Assembly (NCBI GenBank): GCA_963731395.1
Contig: CAVSVH010000005.1
Coordinates: forward strand, 27,845-91,844
Source: an uncultured Solirubrobacteraceae bacterium
GTDB lineage: Bacteria > Actinomycetota > Thermoleophilia > Solirubrobacterales > Solirubrobacteraceae
Direction: 5' to 3'
Length of the DNA: 64,000 nucleotides
Shown here: piece by piece, positions 38,573-49,110 of the stretch
How positions within the stretch are numbered: position 1 is the first letter of the stretch
Layout of the letters: the number at the start of each line of letters is the position of its first letter
Made by a program: the position numbers and the translations under genes
Notes under the pieces: model-generated
Database searches by the model: none
What the model was told of the DNA's origin: nothing
Seen by the model: the letters and a program-made list of their open reading frames with translations, nothing else

Positions 38573-39772
38573 GTGACCCCATCGGGCTGGATCCGCCGCA
38601 GTGACGTCCGCCTCGCCGTGATGTGCGGCCTGATTCAGATCGCCGCGACGGCCGGGGCGGCGCATCACGCTTCGCGCACCCAAGCCTGCTGGTGGGCGTC
38701 TGCGTGCCGGCCCGCGACGGAGCTTGACGCCGGTGCCTATGCGCTCCTCGCGCTCGGCCCGCTTGCGCTCGTCCTCCGGCGGCGGTACGTGCGCGAGGTG
38801 CTCGCGTTCGTGTTCGCCGTCACCGCGGCGTACGTCGCGCTCGGCTACCCGCTCGGCCCGAACTTCTTGTCCCTCGGCCTTGCGATTGTTTCGGCGATCT
38901 TCGCCGGGGAGCGCTTGCTCGCATGGGCCGCGGTCGGAGTCGGTTGGCTGGTGTTTCTCGGGTTGCCCTGGGCGCTTGGGCACTCCGGGCCGCCGAAGGT
39001 GCTGGCGGCGCTGGCGATCGCTGCCTGGCTACTCGTCGCGCTCGCCGGCGCCGAAGGGGTGCGCAACCGACGGGCGCGCTTCGCGGAGGCCAGGCAGGCG
39101 CGTGAGCTCCAGGCCCGCCGCAAGGCCGACGAGGAGCGGCTGCGCATCGCCCAGGAGCTCCACGACGTACTGGCGCACAACGTCTCGCTGATCAACGTCC
39201 AGTCAGGTGTCGCCCTGCACCTGATGGACGAGAAGCCCGAGCAGGCGCGGATCGCGCTGACGGCGATCAACGAGGCGAGCGCCGACGCGCTACGCGAGGT
39301 CCGCTCGGTGCTCGGCGTGCTGCGCGGCACCGGCGAGCAGGCGCCCCGGGCGCCAACGGCGGGCGTGGACCGCCTTGACGACCTCGTGACCCGCACCACC
39401 GCGGCTGGCGTCGGGGTGACGCTCGAGGTGCACGGCGAGCGCCGGCCGCTTCCGGCGAGCATCGATCTGGCAGCGTTCCGGATCGTGCAGGAGGCGCTGA
39501 CCAACATCGTCCGCCACTCCGGGGCCGGCGGCGCGACCGTCGAGCTGACATACGGACCCGGTGAGCTGACCGTGCAGGTGGACGACGACGGACACGGCCC
39601 GGGCGCCTCCGGCGACCGCCGCGAGGTGCCGGCGATGGACGGCGAGGGGGGTGGCAACGGCATCCCGGGCATGCGCGAGCGCGCGATTGCCCTCGGCGGC
39701 ACGTTCGACGCCGGCCCCCGATCCGACCGCGGGTTCCGCGTTCGCGCGCGGATCCCGGTGCCGGGCAGGTAA
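38573..39772 (+). CDS. Sensor histidine kinase (HisKA_3)
   Basis: ERLRIAQELHDVLAH, FRIVQEALTN, DDGHG, GIPGMRER. Confidence 0.93.
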   Translation: MTPSGWIRRSDVRLAVMCGLIQIAATAGAAHHASRTQACWWASACRPATELDAGAYALLALGPLALVLRRRYVREVLAFVFAVTAAYVALGYPLGPNFLSLGLAIVSAIFAGERLLAWAAVGVGWLVFLGLPWALGHSGPPKVLAALAIAAWLLVALAGAEGVRNRRARFAEARQARELQARRKADEERLRIAQELHDVLAHNVSLINVQSGVALHLMDEKPEQARIALTAINEASADALREVRSVLGVLRGTGEQAPRAPTAGVDRLDDLVTRTTAAGVGVTLEVHGERRPLPASIDLAAFRIVQEALTNIVRHSGAGGATVELTYGPGELTVQVDDDGHGPGASGDRREVPAMDGEGGGNGIPGMRERAIALGGTFDAGPRSDRGFRVRARIPVPGR

Positions 39773-39777
39773 CCGCC

Positions 39778-40443
39778 GTGATCCGCACGCTGCTGGCCGA
39801 CGACCAAGCGCTGGTGCGCGCGGGATTCCACGCGCTTTTGGACGCGCAGGACGGGATCGAAGTGGTCGGCGAGGCAGCGGACGGCCGGGAGGCGGTCGAC
39901 CTGACGCGCGCGCTCATTCCCGATGTCGTGCTGATGGACATCCGCATGCCGACGCTCGACGGAATCGCCGCCACGCGCGAGATCGCCGCGGACCCAGCGC
40001 TCGCCGGCGTCCGGATCGTGATCCTGACGACGTTCGAGCTCGATGAGTACGTGTTCGACGCGATCCGGGCCGGGGCAGCTGGCTTCCTGGTCAAGGACAC
40101 CAAGCCGAGCGACCTGATCGAGGCAGTGCGGGTCGTGGCCGCCGGCGAGGCGCTGCTGTCACCGTCGGTCACCCGCCGGCTGATCGGCGAGTTCGCCGCG
40201 CGCGCCAAGGAGCCGCCCCGCTCAGCGGCGCTCGAGGAGCTGACCGACCGCGAGCGCGAGGTGATGGCGCTCGCTGCCGCCGGCCTGTCGAACGACCAGA
40301 TCGCCGAGCGTCTCGTCGTGAGCTCCGCCACGGCCAAGACGCACGTGAGCCGGGCGATGATCAAGCTCGGCGCCAGGGACCGCGCCCAGCTCGTCGTGAT
40401 CGCCTACGAGTCTGGCCTTGTGCGACCCGGCTGGTCCGAGTGA
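39778..40443 (+). CDS. NarL/LuxR-family response regulator
   Basis: LADDQALVRAG, LMDIRMP, LTDREREV...TAKTHVSR. Confidence 0.95.
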   Translation: MIRTLLADDQALVRAGFHALLDAQDGIEVVGEAADGREAVDLTRALIPDVVLMDIRMPTLDGIAATREIAADPALAGVRIVILTTFELDEYVFDAIRAGAAGFLVKDTKPSDLIEAVRVVAAGEALLSPSVTRRLIGEFAARAKEPPRSAALEELTDREREVMALAAAGLSNDQIAERLVVSSATAKTHVSRAMIKLGARDRAQLVVIAYESGLVRPGWSE

Positions 40444-40827
40444 CCGGTAGCGCCCTGCTCGCCGACTTCTTCTACGCGCGCCCGCTTGGGCCGCGCGATC
40501 CCGACGGTGCACGACCGCCTCGCCGACCGGCGGCGCGCCGAGCACTAACGCGGCTAGCCCGGGTCGAGCCAGACGACTGCATCCACATCTGACTAGGCAG
40601 GTACTCGATCGTGCCCGCGAGCCAGAAGATCCTCACCTGGCCTTCACTAACCAGCAGGCACGTTGGCGGCTCAGGCCGGCGCGAGACCGGGCTTCTCCTC
40701 CAGCCCGGCGCCTCGGCCGAAGCAGCGGCTGCTCGCTGGCCACCGCCTTGGCGACTTTGCGGCACTCTCGGCGTGCGCGGATGTGGTTGAGACCCGGCGT
40801 GCTTTTGGCCACGCCGGGTCTCACCGC

Positions 40828-41334
40828 TCAGTTAGACGTCGGCTCGTAGGTGAGAGCGACCACGCCGATCGATGACGGGGTCGTGCCGATGAGCGTCAGT
40901 GGGAGCGTCTGCCCGACGAGTACTGGGTGAAAGGAGAACCGGATTTCGTCCACGAGGTGGTTCTCGAGCAGGGTTTGGCTGAGTCGGCCGTATCCGTACA
41001 CCATGAGGTCACCGCCATCCTCTTGCTTGAGCTTGGTGACGGCGGCGATGACGTCGTTATGAATGATCGTGGAGTTGTTCCAGTCTGCGCTCTCCAGGGT
41101 CGAGGAGAACACGTACTTGCGGATCGCGTTGATCACGTCCGCGTACGGTCCGGTCTGCTGGGGCATCACATCGGCGAAATACTCGTAGGTGCCTCGTCCC
41201 ATGAGCATGCCGCCAAGGGCCTGGAGGGCTTGAGCGGCTTCTTCTCCCGCGTCAGGGTCGAAGGTCGCCCAGGCTCGTGGGTCCGTGGTGACGCCGTCGA
41301 GCGAGATAAAAGCGGAATTGATGAGCTTGCGCAT
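40828..41334 (-). CDS. Dihydrofolate reductase/RibD C-terminal family protein
   Basis: FISLDG, LMGRGTYE, KYVFSSTL, LVDEIRFSFHPVLVG; C-terminus slightly short. Confidence 0.85.
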   Translation of the reverse strand: MRKLINSAFISLDGVTTDPRAWATFDPDAGEEAAQALQALGGMLMGRGTYEYFADVMPQQTGPYADVINAIRKYVFSSTLESADWNNSTIIHNDVIAAVTKLKQEDGGDLMVYGYGRLSQTLLENHLVDEIRFSFHPVLVGQTLPLTLIGTTPSSIGVVALTYEPTSN

Positions 41335-41378
41335 GGTTTTCTCCAATCGCTGTTTTGCGTTCGGGTGTCAGGCGTGGG

Positions 41379-42845
41379 TTAGGTGGTGGCAGCGAGTGCC
41401 GGTTGGGGGTCGCGGACGCTCGTGTTGGTCATGGCGGTCGAGAGCGCTTGGTGGCGAACGAGCGCGAAGATCGCCGGAATGGCGAGCAGGCCGATCCCGC
41501 CGAGCACCCAGAGCGCCTGTTGGAACCCGCCGGTGAGTGCCGCAGGGGCAGCGTGGCCGGCGTGAAGCAGCGTTTGGGTGTGGCTGGCGGCGACGCTCGA
41601 GGCGATCGCGATCCCGATCGCGCCGCCGAGCTGCTGGCTGGTGTTCAGCAGTCCGGACGCGAGCCCAGCCTGCTGCTCCTGCACCCCGGCGAGCGCGGCG
41701 ATCGAGATCGGGATGAACGCGAACGCGGTTCCCGCGCCAGCTACCACCATCGGCCCGGCGAGGTTGGCCAGAAAGTGTCCGTGGACGGGTACCTGGGTGG
41801 CCCAGATCGCCCCGCCGCCGATCATGGTCATCCCTGCCGCCATCACGATCGTGGTCTCGCCGCGGGTCACCAGCGCCTGGGAGAGGCCGGCGAGCGCGAT
41901 CGAGGTCAGCGACGCGGCCAACCAGGCGAGCCCGGACTGGAGCGCGCTGTAGTGCAGTACCTGCTGCATGTACAGCGTCCCGACGAAAATGAACGCGTAG
42001 AAGCTGCCGCCCAGCAGTAGGCCCGCGGTGTTCGCTCCGGCGAGCGTGCGCAGCCGGAAGATCTGAAGCGGCAGGATCGGATCGGTGACCCGGCGCTCGA
42101 TCAGCAGGAACGCGGCAAGCAGCATGGCTGCCGCAGCGAGCACGCCGATCGTCCGCGTGGCGCCCCAGCCGTACTGTGGTGCCTGCGAGATAGCGTCCAC
42201 GAGTGCCACGAGCCCGCCAGTGCCGGCGAACGCGCCGGCGGCGTCAAACTTGCGCCGCACCGTGTCTAGCCGGCTTTCGGGCACGATCCGCGGCGCCAAC
42301 AGCAGCGCGCCCACGCCGATCGGGACGTTGAGGTAGAAGATGTACTGCCAGCCGGCGTACCGGGTCAACAGCCCCCCGGCGATCACTCCGACGGTCGCGC
42401 CGCCGGCACCGAGCCCGCCCCAGATCCCGAGCGCCTTGTTGCGCTCGGCGCCCTCCCCGAACATGCTCATCACGATCGACAGAGCGGCGGGCAGCATGAT
42501 CGCTGCTCCGATGCCCTGGACCGCCCGGGCGCCGACCATGAAGCCGGCACCGGTTGCCAGCGCAGCGGCCAGCGACGCGGCGCTGAACAGCCCGAGCCCA
42601 ACCATCAGGATGCGGCGGCGGCCGAGCAGATCGGCGGCTCGGCCGCCGAGGAGCAAGAACCCGCCGAACGTGAGCGCGTACGCGGTCACGACCCATTGCA
42701 GGTTGGTCTGGGAGAAGTGCAGGTCGCGGCCGATTGTCGGCAGCGAGACGTTGACGATCGTCAGATCGATGACCGTCATGAAGAACGCCACTGCCAGCAG
42801 CGCGAACGCCCGCCAGCGATTGATCTGGGGTGCCTGGGACCTCAT
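41379..42845 (-). CDS. MFS transporter, DHA2 family
   Basis: DLTIVNVSLP, GGRAADLLGRRR; about 14 TM. Confidence 0.93.
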   Translation of the reverse strand: MRSQAPQINRWRAFALLAVAFFMTVIDLTIVNVSLPTIGRDLHFSQTNLQWVVTAYALTFGGFLLLGGRAADLLGRRRILMVGLGLFSAASLAAALATGAGFMVGARAVQGIGAAIMLPAALSIVMSMFGEGAERNKALGIWGGLGAGGATVGVIAGGLLTRYAGWQYIFYLNVPIGVGALLLAPRIVPESRLDTVRRKFDAAGAFAGTGGLVALVDAISQAPQYGWGATRTIGVLAAAAMLLAAFLLIERRVTDPILPLQIFRLRTLAGANTAGLLLGGSFYAFIFVGTLYMQQVLHYSALQSGLAWLAASLTSIALAGLSQALVTRGETTIVMAAGMTMIGGGAIWATQVPVHGHFLANLAGPMVVAGAGTAFAFIPISIAALAGVQEQQAGLASGLLNTSQQLGGAIGIAIASSVAASHTQTLLHAGHAAPAALTGGFQQALWVLGGIGLLAIPAIFALVRHQALSTAMTNTSVRDPQPALAATT

Positions 42846-42890
42846 TAGACCTCCGGTGGTTTCGCCGCCCGTTTGGCGGCTTCACAGAGG

Positions 42891-42919
42891 ACGTCGCGGC
42901 GCCGCACCCGATTTGGACG
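42891..42919 (-). promoter_or_regulatory. ECF42-type promoter upstream of the MFS gene
   Basis: CGTCCAAATCGG-N11-CGACGT; same as 44699-44727. Confidence 0.65.
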
Positions 42920-42987
42920 GCCGCGCCGAGAACCCGGACCGGTCCGCTCGCGAGCCGCTACCGGTATTCGCTCGCGAGCCGCAGCCG

Positions 42988-44268
42988 TCAGTCGGCGGCG
43001 AGCGTCGACCGGCGGCGCTGCAGCTCGGCCCGCTCGACCGCGTTGGCGCTGAGCGCGATCGCTCGCTCGTACGCACGCGCGGCCGCCACTCGGTCGCCGG
43101 CTCGCCGGAGCAGGTCGGCGTGTGCTGCGTGCAGCGGCTGATAGCGCTCAAGTACAGGGTCGGCGAGCAGCCGTTCGAGGAGCTCGAGCCCGGCCTGCGG
43201 TCCGACGGCGAATCCGACCGCCGCCGCGCGGTTCAGCTCAACGACCGGCGAGGGCGCGATCTCGCCAAGCGCGCGGTACAGCTCCGCGATCTGCTCCCAG
43301 TCCGTTGTGCCCGTGTCCGCCCCGCGGACGTGCACGGCTGTGATCGCGGCTTGCAGCTGGTACTGGCCCGGGTGCGGGAACCGCATCGCCCGGTCCAGCG
43401 CCTCGAGCCCCTCGCCGAGCCGCGCGCGATCCCACCGCGTGCGGTCCTGCTGGTCAAGCGCGAGGTAGCGTCCGTCCGGCGCGACGCGCGCGTCGCGACG
43501 GGCGTCGTGCAGGAGCATCAGCGCCAGTAGCCCCCAAACCTCGGCCTCGTCGGGCATCAGCTCGCACAGCAGCCGCGCGAGGCGGATCGCCTCGCCGCAC
43601 AGCTCGGCCCGCACCAGCCGCTCGCCCTCGGTCGCCGAGTAGCCCTCGTTAAAGATCAGATAGAGCACCCGGAGAACGCCGCGCAGCCGGTCGGGCAGCT
43701 CCTCGTCGTCAGGCACCCGGTACGGGATCCGCGCGTCGGCGATCTTGCGCTTGGCGCGGACGATCCGCTTGCCCATCGTTGGCTCCGCCACCAGGAACGC
43801 GCGCGCGATCTCGCCGGTCGTAAGCCCGCCGAGCGCGCGCAGCGTCAACCCCACCCGCGCCGGCAGGTCGAGCGCCGGATGGCAGCAGGTGAAGATCAGC
43901 CGCAGACGGTCATCGACGATCGCGCTGTCCTCGTCAACGTCGGTGTGCTCCTGGCGATCGAGTCGCATCAGCTCCGCCAGCCGATCTGCTCGATCCGCCA
44001 CCGACCGGTTGCGGCGCATCCGATCGATCGCCCGCCGCCGCGCGGCGACCATAAGCCACGCGCCCGGCCGGGCCGGGACACCGTCGCGCCGCCACGCGCT
44101 GACCGCCTCGACGAACGCGTCCTGCACTGCGTCCTCCGCCAGCTGAAAGTCGCCCACATGTCGGATCAACGTCGCCAGCACCGCCGCGCGCTCCGCGCGG
44201 AACGCCGCCGCGATCGCGGCGCCGACCGGATCTGGACTCGCGCGGCGTGGCGGCTCCGCAGTGCTCAA
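42988..44268 (-). CDS. ECF sigma factor with C-terminal TPR extension (ECF42-like)
   Basis: [50 protein letters not shown]. Confidence 0.92.
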   Translation of the reverse strand: MSTAEPPRRASPDPVGAAIAAAFRAERAAVLATLIRHVGDFQLAEDAVQDAFVEAVSAWRRDGVPARPGAWLMVAARRRAIDRMRRNRSVADRADRLAELMRLDRQEHTDVDEDSAIVDDRLRLIFTCCHPALDLPARVGLTLRALGGLTTGEIARAFLVAEPTMGKRIVRAKRKIADARIPYRVPDDEELPDRLRGVLRVLYLIFNEGYSATEGERLVRAELCGEAIRLARLLCELMPDEAEVWGLLALMLLHDARRDARVAPDGRYLALDQQDRTRWDRARLGEGLEALDRAMRFPHPGQYQLQAAITAVHVRGADTGTTDWEQIAELYRALGEIAPSPVVELNRAAAVGFAVGPQAGLELLERLLADPVLERYQPLHAAHADLLRRAGDRVAAARAYERAIALSANAVERAELQRRRSTLAAD

Positions 44269-44651
44269 GACGCGCTGGCGCTCCGATCCGACCGCGGGAT
44301 CTCGTCATCGGTCACGATCGGCCGCACCTCGACCGACCCGTAGCACGCCCACGGCAGCCTTGCCGCGTGCCTGGTCGCCTCATCCAGATCGGCGCAATCC
44401 AGCACGTAATAGCCAGCCAGCACCTCCTTGGTCACGGCGAACGGACCATCGGTCAACTCCGTCTCATCACCCCGGACGCGCACCGTCGTGGCACTCTCGA
44501 CCGAATGAAGCGGTGCGTGCGCGACCAACACACCCGCATCGCGCAGACTCGCGTTCACCTGATCCCACAACGGCATCTCCGCCCACCGCTGCGCCCGCTC
44601 AGCCTCATCAGCAGACTCGGACCCATAAAGCAACAACATGTACTCCGGCAC
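44265..44651 (-). CDS. YciI/DGPF family protein
   Basis: [23 protein letters not shown]. Confidence 0.92.
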   Translation of the reverse strand: MPEYMLLLYGSESADEAERAQRWAEMPLWDQVNASLRDAGVLVAHAPLHSVESATTVRVRGDETELTDGPFAVTKEVLAGYYVLDCADLDEATRHAARLPWACYGSVEVRPIVTDDEIPRSDRSASAS

Positions 44652-44698
44652 GGTCGCCTCCTGTCGATACGGCCGCACGATACGCAGCCACTACCCCT

Positions 44699-44727
44699 AC
44701 GTCGTCGCACGCCAGCCGATTTGGACA
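44699..44727 (-). promoter_or_regulatory. ECF42-type autoregulatory promoter upstream of yciI-sigma
   Basis: TGTCCAAATCGG-N11-CGACGT. Confidence 0.65.
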
Positions 44728-45177
44728 GCGCCGAGGAGTAGTGCGCCCGGTCGACGGCCTACGGCCTCCCGAGAGAAGCAGCGAGCCCGACGCCTCCACC
44801 AGCACGAAAGCAGGATGCGCCCCCGGAACGTATGCCAGTTCCGCTAATCGCCAAATCGCGCCTCGGAGTTTGCACGCTCGCTGCTAGCGGCCGGGCCGAT
44901 GCAGAAGTCTCAGGTGGGCCCGGCGGCTGCCGGATTCACGCATCTGCGGGCGCCTCGGGACCAGAAACGGCCCACGCCAACGCCTCTGCTTCGGGTCCGC
45001 GCCGACCGAAGCGGCAGTCCGCCGCTCAGTTCCCCAGACGGCCACGATGGGGACCGTGTGCCGTGGGCCTCTCTGTCTCGATCGCGGGCTGGCGGCCTGG
45101 GACTGCATCGGCAATCGCCGCCTGCACTCTGGATCGGGCGGCTATCCGTCGGCGGTTGGCCGGATAGGGTTTGGTTG

Positions 45178-45798
45178 ATGTCTCAGCCGGCGCTGCCTCC
45201 GCACTTGTATTACATGCCGCGCACTCGCTCTAGCCGGGTTCTGTGGCTGTTAGAGGAGATCGGTGAGCCCTATGAGCTGACCGAGATCGCTGGCGCGCAG
45301 CGCCGATCTGGCGAGCATCTGCGTCGCCATCCGCTGGGGCGCGTCCCCGCGCTTGAGCTCGGCGATGGCATCACCATGTTCGAGTCGGCAGCGATCTGCC
45401 TTCAGCTTGCCGATCTGTACCCCGCTGCCGGGCTGATCCCGCGGCTGGGCTCAAGCGGGCGGGCGCTTGTCTACCAGTGGGTCACGTTCGCGGTGGCCGA
45501 GCTCGAAGCGCCGCTGTTTCGCTGGATCCGCGAGCTCGGAGAAGGCACATCGGAGTCCTCGGCGCGCGACCGCTTCACGCAAGCCGCGAGCGCGATTGCA
45601 TCCGCGCTTGACGCCCACGACTGGCTGCTCGCTGGCCAGTTCACCGTTGCCGACGTGATGTGCGCGAGCGTGCTCCAAGGCGCCAACTCTCGTGAGATGC
45701 TCGAACCTTGGCCCGCCCTCGAGGCGTACGTGCAACGCAGCGAGTCACGCCCCGCCTATGCCAAGGCCGCTGCGATCTTCGACCGGCCTCGGACCTGA
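45178..45798 (+). CDS. Glutathione S-transferase family protein
   Basis: RSSRVLWLLEEIG, HPLGRVPAL, FESAAICLQLAD, FTVADV. Confidence 0.92.
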   Translation: MSQPALPPHLYYMPRTRSSRVLWLLEEIGEPYELTEIAGAQRRSGEHLRRHPLGRVPALELGDGITMFESAAICLQLADLYPAAGLIPRLGSSGRALVYQWVTFAVAELEAPLFRWIRELGEGTSESSARDRFTQAASAIASALDAHDWLLAGQFTVADVMCASVLQGANSREMLEPWPALEAYVQRSESRPAYAKAAAIFDRPRT

Positions 45799-46196
45799 CC
45801 AGATATTCCAACCCGGGCTCTGTGCGCGAACCCAGGGTTCTGACAGCGCCTCGGCTTTGCCAAACCAAGAAGCGGAAGCCGCGCACGCACACCTGCTCGG
45901 GCGACGAACCGGAAGCGGTGATGGCGAGAGCCTTGCGAGCGAAGCGTCGCCGGTGCATATGCATAGGCTGGGCATCGCGGAGCGCGGCAGCGCTGCTGCA
46001 GCTCGTCCGAAGCGGCAACCAGCCTCAGAGTGAACCTGGCTACCGCTCGCCTCTGCGAATATGCGAACTCGTGGCAGGCCCGGAACCACGAGCAGGCCGA
46101 GGCTGGGCGATCGCGTAAGGAAGCGCGGGCGATCAGCTGCAGCGACAGTCTGATGCGGCTGCACAGTCATCGCGGAGCACCGACGGCGCTGCGGGC

Positions 46197-46325
46197 TTGG
46201 AGGTTCCCGCGGTCAAGCTCGCGATTCCGAAGCTGCGTTCGATGGTCCAGATCGTGAGCCGACCGGAGCTGCTGGCGGTGCTCAGCGCGGGGGTGTCAGC
46301 GCGGGTGACGCTGGTGCGCGCGCAG
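46197..46325 (+). pseudogene. MalT/LAL-family regulator N-terminal remnant
   Basis: KLAIP....IVSRPELLAVL....RVTLVRA breaks just before the expected Walker A motif. Confidence 0.5.
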
Positions 46326-47153
46326 GGGTGCGGGCACGAGCGCCGCGCCGGCGATGACGAGACAGAATGCGAGCAGACGGGCGCTGATCCCAACGGTTCC
46401 GGAGCCGATCGGTTCTCCGAACACGAGGATGCCGCCGAGGATCGCGGCGAGGTTGGCCGCGATCGAGGTGATCGCGATCACCTCGATCGCCAGACCGATC
46501 TGCAAGCTGCGAGCCGACGCGTAGAAAGACAGCACGAACGAGATCAGCGCGGTGAGCGTCCATGGGCTGAGCAAGCCAAATAGCGGTCCGTGTGCGTGTG
46601 TGAGGTACTTGATCGCGACGTCGGAGACCCCGAATAGCACCCCGGCCGCCGTGGCGAGCAAGAGCGCTTCGCCGCGGTACTCGATGGCGCGGCGCGTCGA
46701 GATCCGCACCAGCACAATCCCGATCGTCAGGATCGCAGTCTCGACGGCGATCAGCGCCGGCAGAGAGGAGCGTTGCGGCCCCTCGGCGGTCGCTGTCAAA
46801 CCGATCACCGCGAGTCCAGCGGCGGTGAGCGTCACGCCGGCCCATTGCCGCCTTCCGAGCTGGAATCCGAAGAACCGCTCGGCGAGCACGGCGAGGAACA
46901 CCAGCCCGGCCGACAGGATTGCCTGCACGCTCGAGAGAGGCGCGAGCGCCAGCGCTTCGATGTGCAGGCCCCAGGCCAACAGCGCGAGAATCCATCCCAC
47001 CGCGAACCACCGCGAGCGAAACAGCTCCGCGGCGCTGCGCAGCGGATGACGAATCTCGATCGGTCGAGCCAGCGGCGCGCCTCGCGCCTTAAACAACGAG
47101 CTCAAGCTGGTGCCAAGAGCACACACCAGCGCAAAGCCCAGTCCCAAAATCAT
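46296..47153 (-). CDS. DMT superfamily membrane protein
   Basis: ALALAPLSSVQA, LAERFFG; about 9-10 TM. Confidence 0.8.
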   Translation of the reverse strand: MILGLGFALVCALGTSLSSLFKARGAPLARPIEIRHPLRSAAELFRSRWFAVGWILALLAWGLHIEALALAPLSSVQAILSAGLVFLAVLAERFFGFQLGRRQWAGVTLTAAGLAVIGLTATAEGPQRSSLPALIAVETAILTIGIVLVRISTRRAIEYRGEALLLATAAGVLFGVSDVAIKYLTHAHGPLFGLLSPWTLTALISFVLSFYASARSLQIGLAIEVIAITSIAANLAAILGGILVFGEPIGSGTVGISARLLAFCLVIAGAALVPAPLRAHQRHPR

Positions 47154-47250
47154 CGTGACCGACGCCGCTTCTCTGGGATCGCGCGGCTCGAGTCTGGTTT
47201 CAACCCAGCTCCGCGATGGCGCCTCGGGGTGATCGATTGGATTTCGGCTT

Positions 47251-47619
47251 TCAGCTTCCGGTGATCGCGTTTTTGGCTTTGGTCAGCGCGCCGCGGTTAT
47301 CGTCGGGCTCGGGTAGCAGCTCGATCGCTTCGCCGGCATCGGCGGCGAGGCGCAGGAGGGTCGATTCGATCACGGTGGCGCGCCGCTCGAGGGTCTGCAT
47401 CATCTCTTCGATGTGCGCGACCCTTTGTTGCTGGGGTTCAACGGTGTTGCGGAGGCGCTCGACGTCGGCGAGCAGAGGGTCGAGCGTGTCCATCAACGAG
47501 ATCAGCATCGTTTCGATCGCCAGGACGCTGCGCATCGCGTTGGCGATGACACCGAGATCGGCGGTGAGGGTCGCGGGGACGCGCGCAAGCGCGATCAGGT
47601 CAGCGAGCGGGTTGGCCAT
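47251..47619 (-). CDS. Hypothetical coiled-coil protein
   Basis: Abuts the upstream stop; heptad pattern. Confidence 0.7.
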   Translation of the reverse strand: MANPLADLIALARVPATLTADLGVIANAMRSVLAIETMLISLMDTLDPLLADVERLRNTVEPQQQRVAHIEEMMQTLERRATVIESTLLRLAADAGEAIELLPEPDDNRGALTKAKNAITGS

Positions 47620-47904
47620 CTAGTCGTCCTCGGGCGGCTCGTCGCCGGGCCATGCGCCGGTGACGCGGGTGTAGGCGTGCCGCGACCCGTGGCTGACGAC
47701 CCCTTTGATCACCGAGAAGATGGCTCCTTCGACCGCCAGTGCGATCAGCAGCTTCCCGAGGTCGACGTCTCGGTGCTCAGGCTTGGGCGGATCCTGATCG
47801 TCAATGACCCCCCAGATCGCGGCGAACAGCTTTTTGCCGATCAGGCCGGCGAGCAGTCCCCCGGCGAGGCTGATCGGGAGGAAGACAAGCTTTCCCATGG
47901 TCAT
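47620..47904 (-). CDS. DUF4235 family protein
   Basis: GLLAGLIGKKLFAAIW...PPKP...TGAWPG. Confidence 0.85.
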   Translation of the reverse strand: MTMGKLVFLPISLAGGLLAGLIGKKLFAAIWGVIDDQDPPKPEHRDVDLGKLLIALAVEGAIFSVIKGVVSHGSRHAYTRVTGAWPGDEPPEDD

Positions 47905-48266
47905 TCTCCTTGACGACGCCCGAGCAGCCAGCCGATCCCGAGCCCGATCACGAGCGCGACGCCGACCGCGAACGGCAACGGCTTTTCTTGAACCGTTGCG
48001 CTCAGCTGCTGCGCGCCGGCGGTCGCCGATTCGGGCGCGGCCTCTCTGGCCTTGCCGACGTACGCGTCGCGCTTATCCTGCGTCGCGGTTTTGATGTCGG
48101 CGATGCGGCTCTTGGCCTGGGCCTTGACATCGGTCTTCTCGGCCAGCGCCTCGACGGTGTCGCCGAGCTCCTCGCGGGTCTGCTCGATCTCGGCTCGGAT
48201 CTCGTCGGGCGTCCTGGTGTCTCCGGCGTCTGTCTGGTCGGCGTGTGGGGCTCCGTCGTCGGTCAT
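47901..48266 (-). CDS. DUF3618 family protein
   Basis: IRAEIEQTREELGDTVEALAEKTDVK plus C-terminal TM. Confidence 0.88.
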   Translation of the reverse strand: MTDDGAPHADQTDAGDTRTPDEIRAEIEQTREELGDTVEALAEKTDVKAQAKSRIADIKTATQDKRDAYVGKAREAAPESATAGAQQLSATVQEKPLPFAVGVALVIGLGIGWLLGRRQGE

Positions 48267-48691
48267 CGACGGCCCTCCTTCGCGTGTTGCTTGGTTGATT
48301 GCACATCCGCCTTGACGCTCTGCACCGTCTGCTCGGGGAGGGGGGGCGCGCCCGCTTTCACTTTGCGCCTGCCGATAAGGGCCAGCCCTCCCGCGACCGC
48401 GCCATACACAGCGGCGACGATCACCGCCGCCAGCCAGCCGGTCACGGCCAGGCTCAGCGCCAAGATCACCGCCGCCGTCACCGCCCCAAACGCATAGACG
48501 CCGAACACGCCCGCGGCCCCGAACATGCCGGCGCCCAGCCCCACCTGCTTACCCTTGGTGGTGAGCTCCGCCTTAGCGAGCTCGAGCTCCTGGCGGACCA
48601 GGGTCGCCGTCTGATCAGACGCCTGACGAACGAGATCGGCAACCGAACGATCGCTGCGCCCGGCCTGATTTTCGTGATCTGCCAACGTCAC
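48263..48691 (-). CDS. Phage-holin-superfamily membrane protein (DUF1469/YhjD-like)
   Basis: LVRQELELAKAEL...PEQTVQSVKADV. Confidence 0.88.
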   Translation of the reverse strand: MTLADHENQAGRSDRSVADLVRQASDQTATLVRQELELAKAELTTKGKQVGLGAGMFGAAGVFGVYAFGAVTAAVILALSLAVTGWLAAVIVAAVYGAVAGGLALIGRRKVKAGAPPLPEQTVQSVKADVQSTKQHAKEGRR

Positions 48692-49110
48692 TCCTCAACG
48701 GTAGGGGGTGGATCCGGAATCACCGGGCTCTCGTCGAGCGGCGGGGTCTCCGACGCCTGGTTTTGGCCGATCAGCGCCAAACAGCGCGTCCGCAAACCCT
48801 CATTGGTGACAGCAACGATCATGCCAACACCAAGGAGGATCACGAACAGCACTCGCGGCCAGCGGCGGGGTGGTGACGGGGCAGGCTCGGCAGCAGCACC
48901 CCACAGCCGACCCACCGCTGCGGTGGCCTCGGTCACTCGCCGACGAAACGTCGTGTCGGTGACGATCTCGGCCGGCTGTTTCCCCCGAGCGCGCTTGTAG
49001 GCCGCCCGGGATGCCTGCGCAGCCTGGCGCGCTGACGCCTGCACGTCGCTGTTGTCCAACAGCTGCGCGACATACGACGCGGCCGTGGCCGCTCGATCAC
49101 TTAAAGCCAT
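48688..49110 (-). CDS. Hypothetical membrane-anchored protein
   Basis: GAGG RBS; 4-nt overlap with the next gene; single TM. Confidence 0.7.
   Translation of the reverse strand: MALSDRAATAASYVAQLLDNSDVQASARQAAQASRAAYKRARGKQPAEIVTDTTFRRRVTEATAAVGRLWGAAAEPAPSPPRRWPRVLFVILLGVGMIVAVTNEGLRTRCLALIGQNQASETPPLDESPVIPDPPPTVEE

Noticed and set aside
45800-46190. Intergenic DNA with short AAGCAG/CTGCT-type motifs also seen near 29930, 40720, 44780 and 58100
   Set aside because: Could be decayed dispersed repeats, but no consistent unit could be aligned by eye.
48263-48691. Holin-family gene as a prophage marker
   Set aside because: No phage genes nearby; this family with DUF3618/DUF4235 is a common chromosomal stress cluster.
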